Positions 20,059 to 30,533 of a stretch of DNA of 64,000 nucleotides are shown here, in pieces (the stretch's first letter is position 1; the number at the start of each line of letters is the position of its first letter). The notes under the pieces were generated by a model. That model searched no databases. It had not been told where the DNA came from and saw nothing but the letters and a program-made list of their open reading frames with translations. Origin of the DNA: an uncultured delta proteobacterium (GTDB lineage: Bacteria; Desulfobacterota; Binatia; Binatales; Binataceae); contig CAVXXK010000001.1 in NCBI GenBank assembly GCA_963765675.1, positions 1,600,001-1,664,000 of the forward strand. Direction: 5' to 3'. Position numbers and translations under genes: made by a program.

Positions 20059-21438
20059 ATGAAGCTATCCACCCGCCTTTTCGGGACCACCTACCGCTTC
20101 GATTCGGTGCGCGAGGTTCTGGCCCGCGCCAACGAGGCGCGCTCCGGCGACGAGCTGGCAGGACTTGCGGCGCGGTCGGAGCGCGAACGCGTCGCGGCCA
20201 AGATGGTGCTGGCCGATCTGACGCTGAACGATCTGCGCAACAATCCGGTGGTGCCGTACGGGCGCGACGAGGTGACGCGGATTATCGACGACAGCCTCGA
20301 TCGCGCCGAGTTCGCGCGCCACAGAAATCGCACCGTCGGCGAGCTGCGCGAATGGCTCCTCGATGACGCGACGACCGGCGACGATATTGCCCGCGCCGGC
20401 CGTGGCTTCACCGGCGAGATCGCTGCCGCCGTCGCGAAGCTGTCCTCGAATCTCGATTGCATCACGATTGCCGCCAAGGTTCGCGTCATCACGCGCGCGC
20501 GGACGACGATCGGGATACGCGGACGGCTCTCAACGCGGCTTCAACCGAATCATCCGCGCGACGATCCAGGCGGCATCGCGGCCGCGATTTACGAAGGGCT
20601 GTCTTATGGGTGCGGCGACGCGCTCATCGGCATCAATCCGTGCATCGACGAGCCCGACAATATCCGCCGCCTGCTCGATCTCACCGCGGAAATAATCGCG
20701 CGCACCGGCGTGCCCACGCAGAACTGCGTGCTCGGCCATATCACGACGCAAATTCGCGCGCTCGAAGCCGGCGCGCCGCTCGACATTCTTTTCCAGAGCC
20801 TCGCCGGTACCGAAAAAGCCAACGCGGGATTCGGAATCACAGTCGCGATGCTCGACGAAGGCGCGGCCGCCGTGCGCGAGCGCGGCGCGCTCGATGCTCC
20901 CAACCTTACCTATTTCGAAACCGGGCAGGGCTCCGAGCTCTCCGCCGGCGCGCATGAAGGCGCGGATCAGGTCACGCTCGAAGCGCGATGCTACGGCCTT
21001 GCGCGCCGCTACGCTCCGCTGCTGGTCAACACGGTGGTCGGATTTATCGGTCCCGAATATCTCTACGATGCGAAACAGATCGCGCGCGCCGGGCTCGAAG
21101 ATCACCTGATGGGCAAGCTGCTCGGCGTGCCGCACGGCGCCGACGCCTGTTACACCAATCACGCGCGCGCCGATCAGAACGATTGCGAAAGCCTCGCCGT
21201 TCTTCTCGCCGCCGCGGGATGCAACTACTTCATGGCGCTGCCGATGGGCGACGACGTGATGCTCTCGTATCAGAGCACGAGCTATCACGACGCGGCGGCG
21301 CTACGGCAGGTGCTGAATCTCAGGCCCGCTCCGGAGTTCGAGCGCTGGTGCGAGCAGCGCGGAATCCTGTTCGGCGGCCGGCTCACCAAACGCGCAGGCG
21401 ACCCGGCGCTGGTGATGACGAAGCGGCGGGCCTCATAA
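20059..21438 (+). CDS. eutB: Ethanolamine ammonia-lyase large subunit
   Basis: RLQPNHP.DD, YFETGQGSELS and NTVVGFIGPEYL motifs. Confidence 0.96.
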   Translation: MKLSTRLFGTTYRFDSVREVLARANEARSGDELAGLAARSERERVAAKMVLADLTLNDLRNNPVVPYGRDEVTRIIDDSLDRAEFARHRNRTVGELREWLLDDATTGDDIARAGRGFTGEIAAAVAKLSSNLDCITIAAKVRVITRARTTIGIRGRLSTRLQPNHPRDDPGGIAAAIYEGLSYGCGDALIGINPCIDEPDNIRRLLDLTAEIIARTGVPTQNCVLGHITTQIRALEAGAPLDILFQSLAGTEKANAGFGITVAMLDEGAAAVRERGALDAPNLTYFETGQGSELSAGAHEGADQVTLEARCYGLARRYAPLLVNTVVGFIGPEYLYDAKQIARAGLEDHLMGKLLGVPHGADACYTNHARADQNDCESLAVLLAAAGCNYFMALPMGDDVMLSYQSTSYHDAAALRQVLNLRPAPEFERWCEQRGILFGGRLTKRAGDPALVMTKRRAS

Positions 21439-21439
21439 C

Positions 21440-22234
21440 GTGGCGCGGAAGAATCGCGGCCGCAAATCCTCCGATAACTTCGCCGCGATGCGCCGCGCGA
21501 CTCCCGCGCGTCTCGGCGTCGGCCGCGCCGGACCTCGCTACACGACGGCCGCGATGCTCGCGCTGCGCGCCGATCATGCTCGCGCGGTGGACGCGGTCCG
21601 AATGGAAGTGCCGCGCGATTGGCCCGCGCGCAATGCGATGCCGGAGCTCAAGACGCGCGCGCGCGACCGCGAGGTTTATCTGCTCCGGCCGGAGCTGGGG
21701 CGGATGCTCGCGGAGGACGACGCCGAGCGCCTCGCGCAGCGCTACGCTCGCCGCGCGCGAATCTCGGCGGCGGAGCGCGCGAAACCCTCGCTCGTGCTCC
21801 TGGTCGGTGACGGCCTCTCGTCGGCCGCGGTGCAGGCGCACGCGCCGGCGATCGTGCGCGCGCTCAAAAAGAAACTGGCAGCGCGCTTTCGCGTTAGCGG
21901 AACATTCTTCATCCGCAACGCGCGCGTCCGCGTCGAGGATCATGTCGGCGAAATTCTGCGCCCCGACCTCGTCTGCATGATTATAGGCGAGCGCCCGGGC
22001 CTCGCGACCGCCGAGAGCCTGAGCGCCTACGTGATCTGGCGTCCGCGCCTCGCGTCGCTCGAGCCCGATCGCACGGTGATATCGAATATTCATCCGGGCG
22101 GACTGAGTATTGCCTCGGCCGCGGGAAAAATCGCACGCCTGTGTGCCGAGGCTTCCGCACATCAGGCCAGCGGCGCAGCCCTTGCCACGCGCCTGACGCG
22201 TCCTGCATTGACAGATCCGATGACAGCGGGTTAG
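21440..22234 (+). CDS. eutC: Ethanolamine ammonia-lyase small subunit
   Basis: TPARLGVGRAG, YLLRPELGR, DGLSS and IGERPGL..AESLSAY motifs. Confidence 0.94.
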   Translation: MARKNRGRKSSDNFAAMRRATPARLGVGRAGPRYTTAAMLALRADHARAVDAVRMEVPRDWPARNAMPELKTRARDREVYLLRPELGRMLAEDDAERLAQRYARRARISAAERAKPSLVLLVGDGLSSAAVQAHAPAIVRALKKKLAARFRVSGTFFIRNARVRVEDHVGEILRPDLVCMIIGERPGLATAESLSAYVIWRPRLASLEPDRTVISNIHPGGLSIASAAGKIARLCAEASAHQASGAALATRLTRPALTDPMTAG

Positions 22235-22268
22235 TAGTCTCACCTCGCCGATTGCCACAGAGGAATTT

Positions 22269-22592
22269 ATGCTTCATTGCACAGCCTGCGGACACATGAT
22301 TCACGAAAGCGCGCGCGCATGTCCGCAATGTGGCGCTCCGCCGCCTGTCGGTTCCTGGGCGCGTGAAGATGTTTCCGATCGATCGCGGCTGATCACGCTG
22401 CTGCTGTGCGTCTTTCTGGGATACCTCGGTATCCACCGTTTCTACGTCGGCAAGACTGGCACCGGTATTCTGTGGCTACTCACCGGCGGTCTCTTTGTAA
22501 TCGGAGCGCTAGTCGATCTCATCATGATCGCCGCCGGTAGTTTTACCGATGAGGACGGACTTCGGGTCCTTGATTGGGACGTGCCAGGCTAG
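22269..22592 (+). CDS. Zinc-ribbon + TM2 domain protein
   Basis: CTACG..CPQCG followed by FLGYLGIHRFYVGK. Confidence 0.9.
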   Translation: MLHCTACGHMIHESARACPQCGAPPPVGSWAREDVSDRSRLITLLLCVFLGYLGIHRFYVGKTGTGILWLLTGGLFVIGALVDLIMIAAGSFTDEDGLRVLDWDVPG

Positions 22593-22701
22593 CGGCGATA
22601 TTTTGGATCTCGGCGTTCTTTCGACAGCACATTTAACTAACGACATTGCCGGTTGATTCCGCTGCGAATAGAGTCAAAGTGAAGTATCAGGTTCATTCAT
22701 C

Positions 22702-23115
22702 ATGTCCGATCACGATGCCGTGCTCGCCGCGAACCGCGCCTTCTACGACGCGTTCGAGAGCCTCGATGCGGAGCAGATGGAAGCGCTATGGCTGCGCGAC
22801 CAGCGGATCGTGTGTATCCATCCGGGATGGCGCAAGCTGTCGGGATGGGGTCCGATCATGGCTAGCTGGGAGCGGATCTTCGATAGCGCATTCGAGATGA
22901 AATTCGAGTTGGGCGAGCTCGACGTGATGATCAGCGGCGACCTTGCGGTGATCGTCGTCGAAGAGGAGCTGACCCAGCGCGGCTACGACGGCGTCTCGCG
23001 CTCGCAAGTCCTCGCGACCAACGTGTTCGAACGCAGAGGCGACAAGTGGTTCATTATCCTGCATCACGGCTCGCCAGTAATCGCGCCACCCAGCGACGAC
23101 CCTCCGCTGCAGTAG
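22702..23115 (+). CDS. SnoaL/NTF2-like protein
   Basis: AANRAFYDAF, CIHPGW and ATNVF..HHGSP motifs. Confidence 0.88.
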   Translation: MSDHDAVLAANRAFYDAFESLDAEQMEALWLRDQRIVCIHPGWRKLSGWGPIMASWERIFDSAFEMKFELGELDVMISGDLAVIVVEEELTQRGYDGVSRSQVLATNVFERRGDKWFIILHHGSPVIAPPSDDPPLQ

Positions 23116-23150
23116 TGGAGCAATACTAACTGTATAGGACTGTAAGGAAT

Positions 23151-23599
23151 TCCCTCTCCCTGACCAGGGAGAGGGATCAAGGGAGAGGGTACATTGGCGT
23201 CAGCAGGCAAGCGCAAACGAGCAGTACCACTCGTGCATCAACGCGCCCGCCAATTGCGCCGCGAGCAGACCGACGCGGAATCGAATCTACGGAACCGAAT
23301 CCGCGCAAAGCGCCTGAACGGCTTCCATTTCCGGCGCCAATTTCCGATAGGCAATTTCATCGCCGACTTCTGCTGTCATGAATCGCGCCTCGTGATCGAG
23401 CTCGATGGCGGCCAGCATGTGGATCGTGCCTCATACGATGCCTGGCGTACGAGCCTGATCGCCGAGCGCGGTTATCGAGTGATTCGATTCTGGGATACAT
23501 GAGGTGCTTATGAATATGGAAGGCGTAATCGAGGCTATACTCACTGCGCTGGAAGAGACCTCTCCCTTCGCTCTCTCCTTGGACAAGGAGAGGGTATAA
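23151..23599. mobile_element. Second DUF559 element (divergent subfamily)
   Basis: Left end TCCCTCTCCCTG-ac-CAGGGAGAGGGA plus AAGGGAGAGGGT. Right end ACCTCTCCCTT plus a CTCTCCTTG-ga-CAAGGAGAG hairpin. Confidence 0.6.
23194..23599 (+). pseudogene. DUF559 endonuclease with a +1 frameshift near 23499
   Basis: ELDGGQH..GYRVIRFWD is followed by a stop at 23502. The typical tail EVLMNMEGVIEAIL continues in the next frame to TAA 23599. Confidence 0.8.
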
Positions 23600-23622
23600 G
23601 AAGGAGCAAGGAGAAAATCAGA

Positions 23623-24498
23623 ATGTTGAAACGAGTCGATCGGGTGCAGATTGCGGTCGAAGATCTCAATGCGGCGGAGAAGATCGCGGCTGATACTTTC
23701 GGCGCCGAACTGCTACGGCGTGATACTGCCGAACCGGTTGCGGCGCGGCGCTCGACGATGCAGGCGGGTTCGAGCTTGATCGAGCTGCTCGCACCGGCAG
23801 GCGCTGGACCGGTCAAGGACTTCGTCGACCGATGGACCAGCGGACTCTTCGGCGTCGGTTTTTCGGTCGCCGATCTGGACGCCGCGGCGAGTCATCTGCA
23901 AGGCGAAGGAGTCAAATCTAATCGCGACGCGGGGCAGCTCTTTATCGATCCCGCCACGACAGGTTTCGGAATGCGAGTGGTGCTGAGTACGCATCACGAA
24001 CGCGTACCGGTCGGTGCAATCAAGTGGATCTATGAGACCACCAACGTAGTCAGCGATTGGCATGCGGCCTCGGCGCGCTACACGCAGATCTTCCAACTGA
24101 ATCCGGCGATCTTCGTTCCGATCGAGAGCAAGGAGTTCGGATACGCCGGCACCCTCACGATGTTCGATGCGCCCGCCCGTCTGGATCGAATCGAGATCTC
24201 GCAGATCACGAATGCGGCGGGTGCGATGGGACGTTTTCATCAGAAGCGCGGCGACTCGCTATATATGTTCTTCGTCGAGACCGACGATCCTGGCGCGCTA
24301 GCCAAGCGCCTCGAGTCGCGTGGCGCGCGTTTTGCGGCGCACACCCGCGACGAAGCGGGCCTCGCGGAGTTGTTCATCCATCCGAGCGCTTTCCTGGGCG
24401 TGCTGGTAGGAGTCAGCCGCACCGACCACGCATGGACCTGGTCGGGCGATATCGCCCGCGCCCGCCGCGCCGCCGCCTCCCGCGCCGCCCGCGGATGA
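23623..24498 (+). CDS. VOC/glyoxalase family protein (two domains)
   Basis: VDRVQIAVEDL, IELLAP and FIHPS..GVLV motifs. Confidence 0.8.
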   Translation: MLKRVDRVQIAVEDLNAAEKIAADTFGAELLRRDTAEPVAARRSTMQAGSSLIELLAPAGAGPVKDFVDRWTSGLFGVGFSVADLDAAASHLQGEGVKSNRDAGQLFIDPATTGFGMRVVLSTHHERVPVGAIKWIYETTNVVSDWHAASARYTQIFQLNPAIFVPIESKEFGYAGTLTMFDAPARLDRIEISQITNAAGAMGRFHQKRGDSLYMFFVETDDPGALAKRLESRGARFAAHTRDEAGLAELFIHPSAFLGVLVGVSRTDHAWTWSGDIARARRAAASRAARG

Positions 24499-24532
24499 CG
24501 AGTGGTCGTTCTCTTGAAAGGGCGTGTGTGCT

Positions 24533-24549
24533 ATATATCAATGATATAT
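24533..24549. promoter_or_regulatory. vapBC operator ATATATCA-A-TGATATAT
   Basis: Perfect 8-bp IR overlapping the start codon; TTGAAA -35-like hexamer at 24514. Confidence 0.65.
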
Positions 24550-24796
24550 GGCTAAGAAGACAAGCAAACAGGCGACTGCCAAAGTATTTACCACCGGGCG
24601 CAGTCAAGCGGTGCGCATCCCAAAGGAATACCGCTTCTCGTGTGACGAGGTAACTATCGAGCGCGAAGGCGAGCGTGTGATCCTGACGCCTCGTCCACGC
24701 TCCTGGCGCGAATATTTCGCCCGCTCGCAACGGTTCAGTGACGACTATCCCGAAGATGTCGCTGATGCGCCGCCGCAAGAACGCGAGAAGCTCTAA
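24548..24796 (+). CDS. vapB: VapB antitoxin (AbrB/VagC type)
   Basis: AKVFTTGRSQAVRIPKEYRF. Confidence 0.93.
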   Translation: MAKKTSKQATAKVFTTGRSQAVRIPKEYRFSCDEVTIEREGERVILTPRPRSWREYFARSQRFSDDYPEDVADAPPQEREKL

Positions 24797-25200
24797 TGCG
24801 CCACCTCATGCTCGACACGAACATCTGCATCCATGCGATCAGACGCAACGCACCAGAAGTGCTTCGCCGCCTCGAGAACACGAGCCCTCAGGAAGTCGCG
24901 ATTTCTTGCCTTGTTGCTGCCGAGTTGTGGACCGGAGTGATGAAGTCTCGCGAGCGACAACGCAACGAGCAGGCCTTGAGGGAATTCCTCAACTTTGTGC
25001 GGGTCCTTGATTGGCCCGCCGAGGCTGCGCTCATTTATGGAGAAATACGAGCCGCGCTCGAATCGAAAGGGCGCCCGATCGGCGCGATGGACCTGCTGAT
25101 CGCAGCCCACTGCGTCCACGAACGCGCGACGTTGGTCACGCGAAACTACGACGAGTTCGCTCGCGTTAACGGACTCAAGCTCGAAGACTGGAAATCATAG
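24796..25200 (+). CDS. vapC: VapC PIN toxin
   Basis: MLDTNICI, IGAMDLLIAAH and LVTRN..EF.RV.GL motifs. Confidence 0.95.
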   Translation: MRHLMLDTNICIHAIRRNAPEVLRRLENTSPQEVAISCLVAAELWTGVMKSRERQRNEQALREFLNFVRVLDWPAEAALIYGEIRAALESKGRPIGAMDLLIAAHCVHERATLVTRNYDEFARVNGLKLEDWKS

Positions 25201-25201
25201 A

Positions 25202-25230
25202 AAACGGGCGGTCGTGAGGACCGCCCGTTT
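25202..25230. terminator. Bidirectional terminator
   Basis: AAACGGGCGGTC-gtgag-GACCGCCCGTTT between vapC and sat. Confidence 0.75.
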
Positions 25231-25253
25231 GTGCTCATTCTTAATTGCGCGCG

Positions 25254-26429
25254 CTATTTCGATTCGCGCATTGCTTTGATCAGGATCGCCGCCAGCTCGG
25301 GGCGGGTGAACTCCGGTGGCGGGGCTTGGCCGGCGCGCAGCATCTCGCGCACCTTGGTGCCCGACAGGATCAGGCGGTCGGCGTCGGTATGCGGACAAGT
25401 CTTGAACGACGCCATCCCGTTGCACTTGTTGCAGTAGAAACTGTTCTCGAACGTCAGCGGCGTGATGCCCATCTCTTCCGGCGCGAAGCGCGAGAAGATT
25501 TTCTGCGCGTCGTAGGTGCCGTAGTATTTGCCCACGCCGGCATGATCGCGCCCGACGATAAAGTGAGTGCATCCATAGTTGCGCCGGATGATCGCGTGCA
25601 GGATCGCCTCGCGCGGGCCGCCGTAGCGCATATGCGCCGGCATCACCGAGAGCATCGCGCGATCCTTCGGATAGTAGAGTTCGAGCAGAACCTTGTAGGT
25701 TTCCATCCGCACCGCTGCCGGAACGTCGTCGCCCTTGGTCTCGCCGACCAGCGGATGGATCAGCAGGCCGTCGCAGATTTCGAGTGCGGATTTCTGAATG
25801 TGTTCGTGCGCGCGATGGGTAGGGTTGCGGGTCTGGAACGCGACGATTTTTTTCCATCCACGCTCGCGGAATGCGGCACGCGTCTCGCGCGGCTCGAGCC
25901 GATATTCCATGAAGGTGCGGCCCGGGATGTCGTCGATAAGAATCACGCGGCCAGCGAGGCAATACGGCGGCATCGAGGTGACGTTCTTCGCGCCCGGATG
26001 CGCGTCTTCGGCGGTGCCGAAAACCGCTTCGGCCTCGCGCTTGCGATCGACCTTGTAAATCTCCGCGAGCTTCAGGATCGCGAGCGGCTTGCCGTCTTCG
26101 GTTGCCAGAGCGATATCGGCGCCGACCTTGAGCGAATGCGCGGTCGCCTGGTCAACCGCGAGCGTGATCGGAATCGACCACGGCGTGCCCGACGCAAGCC
26201 GCAGCTCGTCGCGGCTGCGAGTGTAGTCGGCTTCGCCCATGAATCCGGTCAGCGGAGAGAACGCGCCCGAGGCGAGCATCTCGAGGTCCGAGAGGTCGCG
26301 CGCGGTCAGAGTCACAACCGGCAGCGACGCGGCGTGCGTGCGCAGCGCGGCGCGTTCGGCCGCGGGCGCTTTCAGGTCAACCAGCTCGCCGCCGCCGTGT
26401 GCGGAGATTGCGTCGTCGCGCACGCTCAT
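25254..26429 (-). CDS. sat: Sulfate adenylyltransferase
   Basis: [22 protein letters not shown] and VGRDHAG motifs. Confidence 0.97.
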   Translation of the reverse strand: MSVRDDAISAHGGGELVDLKAPAAERAALRTHAASLPVVTLTARDLSDLEMLASGAFSPLTGFMGEADYTRSRDELRLASGTPWSIPITLAVDQATAHSLKVGADIALATEDGKPLAILKLAEIYKVDRKREAEAVFGTAEDAHPGAKNVTSMPPYCLAGRVILIDDIPGRTFMEYRLEPRETRAAFRERGWKKIVAFQTRNPTHRAHEHIQKSALEICDGLLIHPLVGETKGDDVPAAVRMETYKVLLELYYPKDRAMLSVMPAHMRYGGPREAILHAIIRRNYGCTHFIVGRDHAGVGKYYGTYDAQKIFSRFAPEEMGITPLTFENSFYCNKCNGMASFKTCPHTDADRLILSGTKVREMLRAGQAPPPEFTRPELAAILIKAMRESK

Positions 26430-27007
26430 CGCGAACCTCCCGCCGACACTTTGCGTGCCGCGCTGTCAGCAGCGCCGTGACGGGGAATGAAGTTCCCCTC
26501 CTCGAGGGTCGCGAGCAGCTTCTTAAGACTGTGCTCGACCTTCTCCGCGCTGCTGTCGATCATCAGCTCGGGAGTAACAGGCTCTTCGTACGGATCGGAA
26601 ACCCCGGTGAACGATTTGATCTCGCCGGCCAGCGCCTTCTTGTAGAGACCCTTCACGTCGCGCTCGACCAGAGTCTCGAGCGGGCACTTCATGAAAACCT
26701 CGAAGAAGCGGGTGTGCAGCTTGCGGACTTCGTCACGCACGTCGCGATAGGGCGAGATGGCCGCCGAGATCGCGATCACACCGTTGCGCGCGAGCAGATT
26801 GCAGACATAGCCGATGCGCCGAATATTGGTGTCGCGGTCTTCTTTCGAGAACCCGAGACCCTTCGACAGATTGGTGCGGACTTCGTCGCCGTCGAGGATT
26901 TCGACGCGATGTCCGCGTTGGCGGAGTTCTTGCGCAGCTAGATTCGCCAGAGTTGACTTACCTGCCCCGGATAGTCCGGTAAACCATAGGGTAAAGCCCT
27001 GATCCAT
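26426..27007 (-). CDS. cysC: Adenylyl-sulfate kinase
   Basis: [16 protein letters not shown] and [10 protein letters not shown] motifs. Confidence 0.97.
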   Translation of the reverse strand: MDQGFTLWFTGLSGAGKSTLANLAAQELRQRGHRVEILDGDEVRTNLSKGLGFSKEDRDTNIRRIGYVCNLLARNGVIAISAAISPYRDVRDEVRKLHTRFFEVFMKCPLETLVERDVKGLYKKALAGEIKSFTGVSDPYEEPVTPELMIDSSAEKVEHSLKKLLATLEEGNFIPRHGAADSAARKVSAGGSR

Positions 27008-27032
27008 GATGCTTTGTTCGATGCTCCTGAAA

Positions 27033-27083
27033 TAGATTACTTTGTATGTTCGATAAGTTATCTAATTCTCACTGATCACTCAA
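27033..27083 (-). promoter_or_regulatory. Internal promoter and palindromic operator for cysC-sat
   Basis: Minus strand TTGAGT-N17-TAACTT. The IR TAGATTACTT-N12-AAGTTATCTA overlaps the -10. Confidence 0.5.
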
Positions 27084-27145
27084 GACAAGCCGGGCTTCTG
27101 CCTCCGAGAAAACTTCATCAAAATAATGCTGCAAAATCAGGTACT

Positions 27146-28621
27146 TCAACGACCTACGCCAAAGCCTATCAACGGCCAATAGAAATGCACCATCAGGTTC
27201 AGCCCGATCCAGGCGCTGAGGATCATCAGCGCGCCTGGAACCAACAGCTCGCGGGCGCGCAGGTAGCCGCTCGAGTATGCGAGCGCGTTTGCCGGAGTTC
27301 CAACCGGCAAGATGAATGTCAGACCGGCGGGAATCGCGATGACCAGCGACATCGCGCGCGCGTCGATTCCGAAATGGCCCGCGAGTCCCAGCCCGACCGG
27401 AAGCAGCGCCGCGACCACCGCGGAGTGGCTCAGCAACTCGCCGAGCAACTCTGCGCCGAGCGCCAGGATCGCGAGCACGACGACGGCGGAACCGATACCA
27501 CCCAAGGTTTCCCGTGCGAGGTAGGCGGCGGCGCCGGTATGCTGCAGCGCGGCGCCGAGTGCGATTGCGCCGCCGTACATCAGGACGATTCCCCAGTTGA
27601 CGTATTCTTCAACCTCGCGCCAACTGAGCAGTCCCAGCGCGAACAGCGCGACCACGGCGAGAATTGCGATCGCGGCGTATCCGTATTCGTGGCTGGTCGC
27701 CATCCAGGTCACGACCGTGACGGCGAGAACTATCGCGACGCCGATCTCCTCGAAGGTCATGCGGCCGAGTTTGGCCGCGCGCTGCTTGAGTTCCTGCGCG
27801 CTCTGCTCCACCGAGTCGAGGTCAGTGGGGAAAAAATGACGCAGCACGAACCATCCGGCGATCAGCAGCGCGACCACCAGCGGAATCGTTGCGGCGCTCC
27901 AATGCAGAAACGAAATCGTCTGGCCTGTCGCTTCCGAAAGCATCCCGAGCGCGAGCATCGCGCGCGCTCCGCCGAGCAACGTTGCGATTCCGCCGATATT
28001 GGTTCCCCACGCCATCGCGAGAAACAGCGCGGTCGCATAGCGCGAGCGGCCGGGAACGAGGTTCATCGTGTTGGCCAGGTCGAGCACGATCGGAAAAACG
28101 ATCGCGGCGACCGCGTGCTCCGGAATGACGAACGACATCAGCGCGGAGAGCAGATAAATCGAACCGACCAGCGAGCGCGGCGTGCGTCCGAACCGGCTGA
28201 AGACCGTCAGGGCGACGCGGCGGCCGAGTCCGCGATGGTTTACCGCGGCGGCGAGCATGAACGCCGCCAGGATGAAAAACATCGCCTCGTTTCCGAACAG
28301 CGCGTATGCCTGCCGCTGCGGCATCACGCCCGAGAGTCCCAGCAGAACGATCACGAGCAGGCTCGTGACCATCAGGGGAAGCGCGCCGGTGATCCAGTAG
28401 AGGCAGGCGAGCGCGAAGACCGCGATCGCGCGCTCGGCGGCGACGCTTAAGCCGGCGGGCGGTTTCGCGCGCACCAGAACGACGAAGATGATCGCGCCGG
28501 CGACGAGAATAATCGTGCGCAGGCTGCGCGACAGGATCACCAGCGCGATCGGCCGCGTGTCGACGACGACTTCCTCGAGCTCGTGCGCGCGCGCCGCGCG
28601 TATTTCCGGCTCGGGCGTCAC
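27146..28621 (-). CDS. SLC13/DASS anion permease
   Basis: Multi-TM protein with WGTNIGGIATLLG and FILPVGTPANA motifs. Confidence 0.9.
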   Translation of the reverse strand: MTPEPEIRAARAHELEEVVVDTRPIALVILSRSLRTIILVAGAIIFVVLVRAKPPAGLSVAAERAIAVFALACLYWITGALPLMVTSLLVIVLLGLSGVMPQRQAYALFGNEAMFFILAAFMLAAAVNHRGLGRRVALTVFSRFGRTPRSLVGSIYLLSALMSFVIPEHAVAAIVFPIVLDLANTMNLVPGRSRYATALFLAMAWGTNIGGIATLLGGARAMLALGMLSEATGQTISFLHWSAATIPLVVALLIAGWFVLRHFFPTDLDSVEQSAQELKQRAAKLGRMTFEEIGVAIVLAVTVVTWMATSHEYGYAAIAILAVVALFALGLLSWREVEEYVNWGIVLMYGGAIALGAALQHTGAAAYLARETLGGIGSAVVVLAILALGAELLGELLSHSAVVAALLPVGLGLAGHFGIDARAMSLVIAIPAGLTFILPVGTPANALAYSSGYLRARELLVPGALMILSAWIGLNLMVHFYWPLIGFGVGR

Positions 28622-29781
28622 AGGTGAGAGGAATCGAAAGACGCGCGCACGCGCCGTACACGCAGCCGCCTGCGCAAACGCGCAAGCGAACGCGTGGCGA
28701 GAGCGCCGAGCCGGTTTCGCGACAGTTGATGAATGAGCGATTGGAATTGCGCAGCGCCGCTTACGAGATAACGCGCGTCCAGGATCGTGAAGGAAGTCGA
28801 AACATCGCGCATCCAGTTAAGACTGATTCCCGCGCGGGTGGCGGCCTCGAACGATGCGGCCGCAATCTGGACCGCGTCGTCCAGCGCGCGGTCGTCAGCG
28901 CCGCGCGGCGCGAGAGTGCCGAATGTAGGCAGCACTCTGGCCGCGATCAGTTCCGTCGCGGCGGCTTGCAGAGCCGCTTTCGGCGCGAGATCGATCAGCA
29001 AATCCGACCATACCGCGCCGCTGGGGAAAATTCGGGCCGCGTGGCTGAGCGCCGCGAGATAGCGCTCGCGTCCATAGAAGCGCACGCGGCCCGGGAAATG
29101 ACGCAGCATCGCCTCCTCGCTCGCTGCCTCGAGGTTGAAGCAGATCACGTCGACGCCCTCGGCGTACGCCAAATCGATCGTGCGCAAGTCGGCCGGGGGA
29201 TGCATCGTTACCGCGACGATTGTATCAAAGTGCCGATCGATCGCTTCGAGATACGGCTTGAGGATCGCGAATCCGGCATCGACACCGGGAAAATATCCGA
29301 GCACGAAATGCACGAACTCGGCGTCGCCGTCGTCAAACGCGCCGCGCACCGCCTCGACGACTTCATCGACGGGCCAGAGCTCGCCCGCGTGCGCGGTCAG
29401 TTCACGGCCGTGGCAGAGCGCGCAGGTTTTTCCTGCCGCACCGATACCGCATCCGCCGCCGAGCGCGACGGTAACCCACGTCGAGCGCATCGCGGCGATC
29501 GCGCCGAGCTCGATACCGCGCGTGTTGCGCCTGGCGGCGAACGGGGGAGTGTGCGCGACGCGGACGGCGGTCAAGTTCGCGCCGTCGCGAATCACATCCG
29601 GGTTTTCCGCGATCGAAATCGGCGAAGCGGAATTGATCCGTGCGCTTGCCCAGATTTCATCGGCGAGCAGGAGCTCGATCGTCTCCGCCGTATCTGCGTT
29701 GGGTCGCGCGTTGGCCGGCGCGAGTCCGTAGAGCTCGAGCGCGAGCTTCAGCCGCGCGGGATTGGATTCTTCAGACGGCAC
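28618..29781 (-). CDS. Radical SAM protein (CX8CX2C)
   Basis: CGIGAAGKTCALC, CFNLE and GAVWSDL motifs. Probable GTG start at 29781 overlapping the HAD stop. Confidence 0.7.
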   Translation of the reverse strand: MPSEESNPARLKLALELYGLAPANARPNADTAETIELLLADEIWASARINSASPISIAENPDVIRDGANLTAVRVAHTPPFAARRNTRGIELGAIAAMRSTWVTVALGGGCGIGAAGKTCALCHGRELTAHAGELWPVDEVVEAVRGAFDDGDAEFVHFVLGYFPGVDAGFAILKPYLEAIDRHFDTIVAVTMHPPADLRTIDLAYAEGVDVICFNLEAASEEAMLRHFPGRVRFYGRERYLAALSHAARIFPSGAVWSDLLIDLAPKAALQAAATELIAARVLPTFGTLAPRGADDRALDDAVQIAAASFEAATRAGISLNWMRDVSTSFTILDARYLVSGAAQFQSLIHQLSRNRLGALATRSLARLRRRLRVRRVRASFDSSHL

Positions 29782-30533
29782 CGGATTTCCTGGCGGTGGA
29801 TTTCTTGCGCGGCACCGGCGCGCGGGCGCCGCCGAGCGGGCGCGACGCGGCGAGATTGCGATGAATCGCCAGTGCAGCGGGTGAGGAATAGATCTCCGAG
29901 GCTCCCGCGGTGACCAACCGATCGCGCGAGTCCTCATCGGACGCGATTCCGATAAAGGGCATTCGTGCGCGGCGCGCCGCGTGCAGGTCGGCCGTCGCTG
30001 TCGCCGACGAAGATCGCGTCGCTGGCGCGCACGCCGCCAAGCTCCAGCGCGCGCTTGAGCATCGCGGGCGCGGGCTTCAGCGCAAGCTTCGCGTCACGCC
30101 CGACGATAAATGCGATCGCAATGCTGACACGATAGCGGCTCAGCCATCGCATGACCGTGACCGACGAGTTTGAGGTCACGATCCCGGCGGCGAGCGTGCG
30201 TGTGGAGATTGCGCGCAGGAGATCGAGCGTCCCTTCCAGCGGCCGCGCGCGATCGACGCCGGCAAGTTCGAATTTCTCGATCAGCTTCGAGATGCGGGCG
30301 AGCATCTTTGCCTTGCGGGCGTCGGTGGCGCGTTCCAGATGCGCGCGATAAGCCTCGTACATCGCAAGCGCGCGTAGGGGGGATTGCTGCGTGATTTTGC
30401 GCGGCGCGTCCGCGCGCTCGAGAATTCCGCGGACCTCGCCGCGCAATGTCGGCCAGTCCACGACCGGATCGAGCCGCGCGAGAGTGGTATCGAAGTCGAA
30501 CAGCCAGAGTTTTGGTTGGGTCGAGGCTGTCAT
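29771..30533 (-). pseudogene. HAD-family hydrolase, frameshift near 29997
   Basis: FDFDTTL, VTSN, KPAP and FVGDS motifs; DLHAARRARMPFIGI continues in another frame to 29771. Confidence 0.8.

Noticed and set aside
20059-22234. Ethanolamine microcompartment locus
   Set aside because: Only eutBC is present, with no shell genes; an ordinary minimal arrangement.
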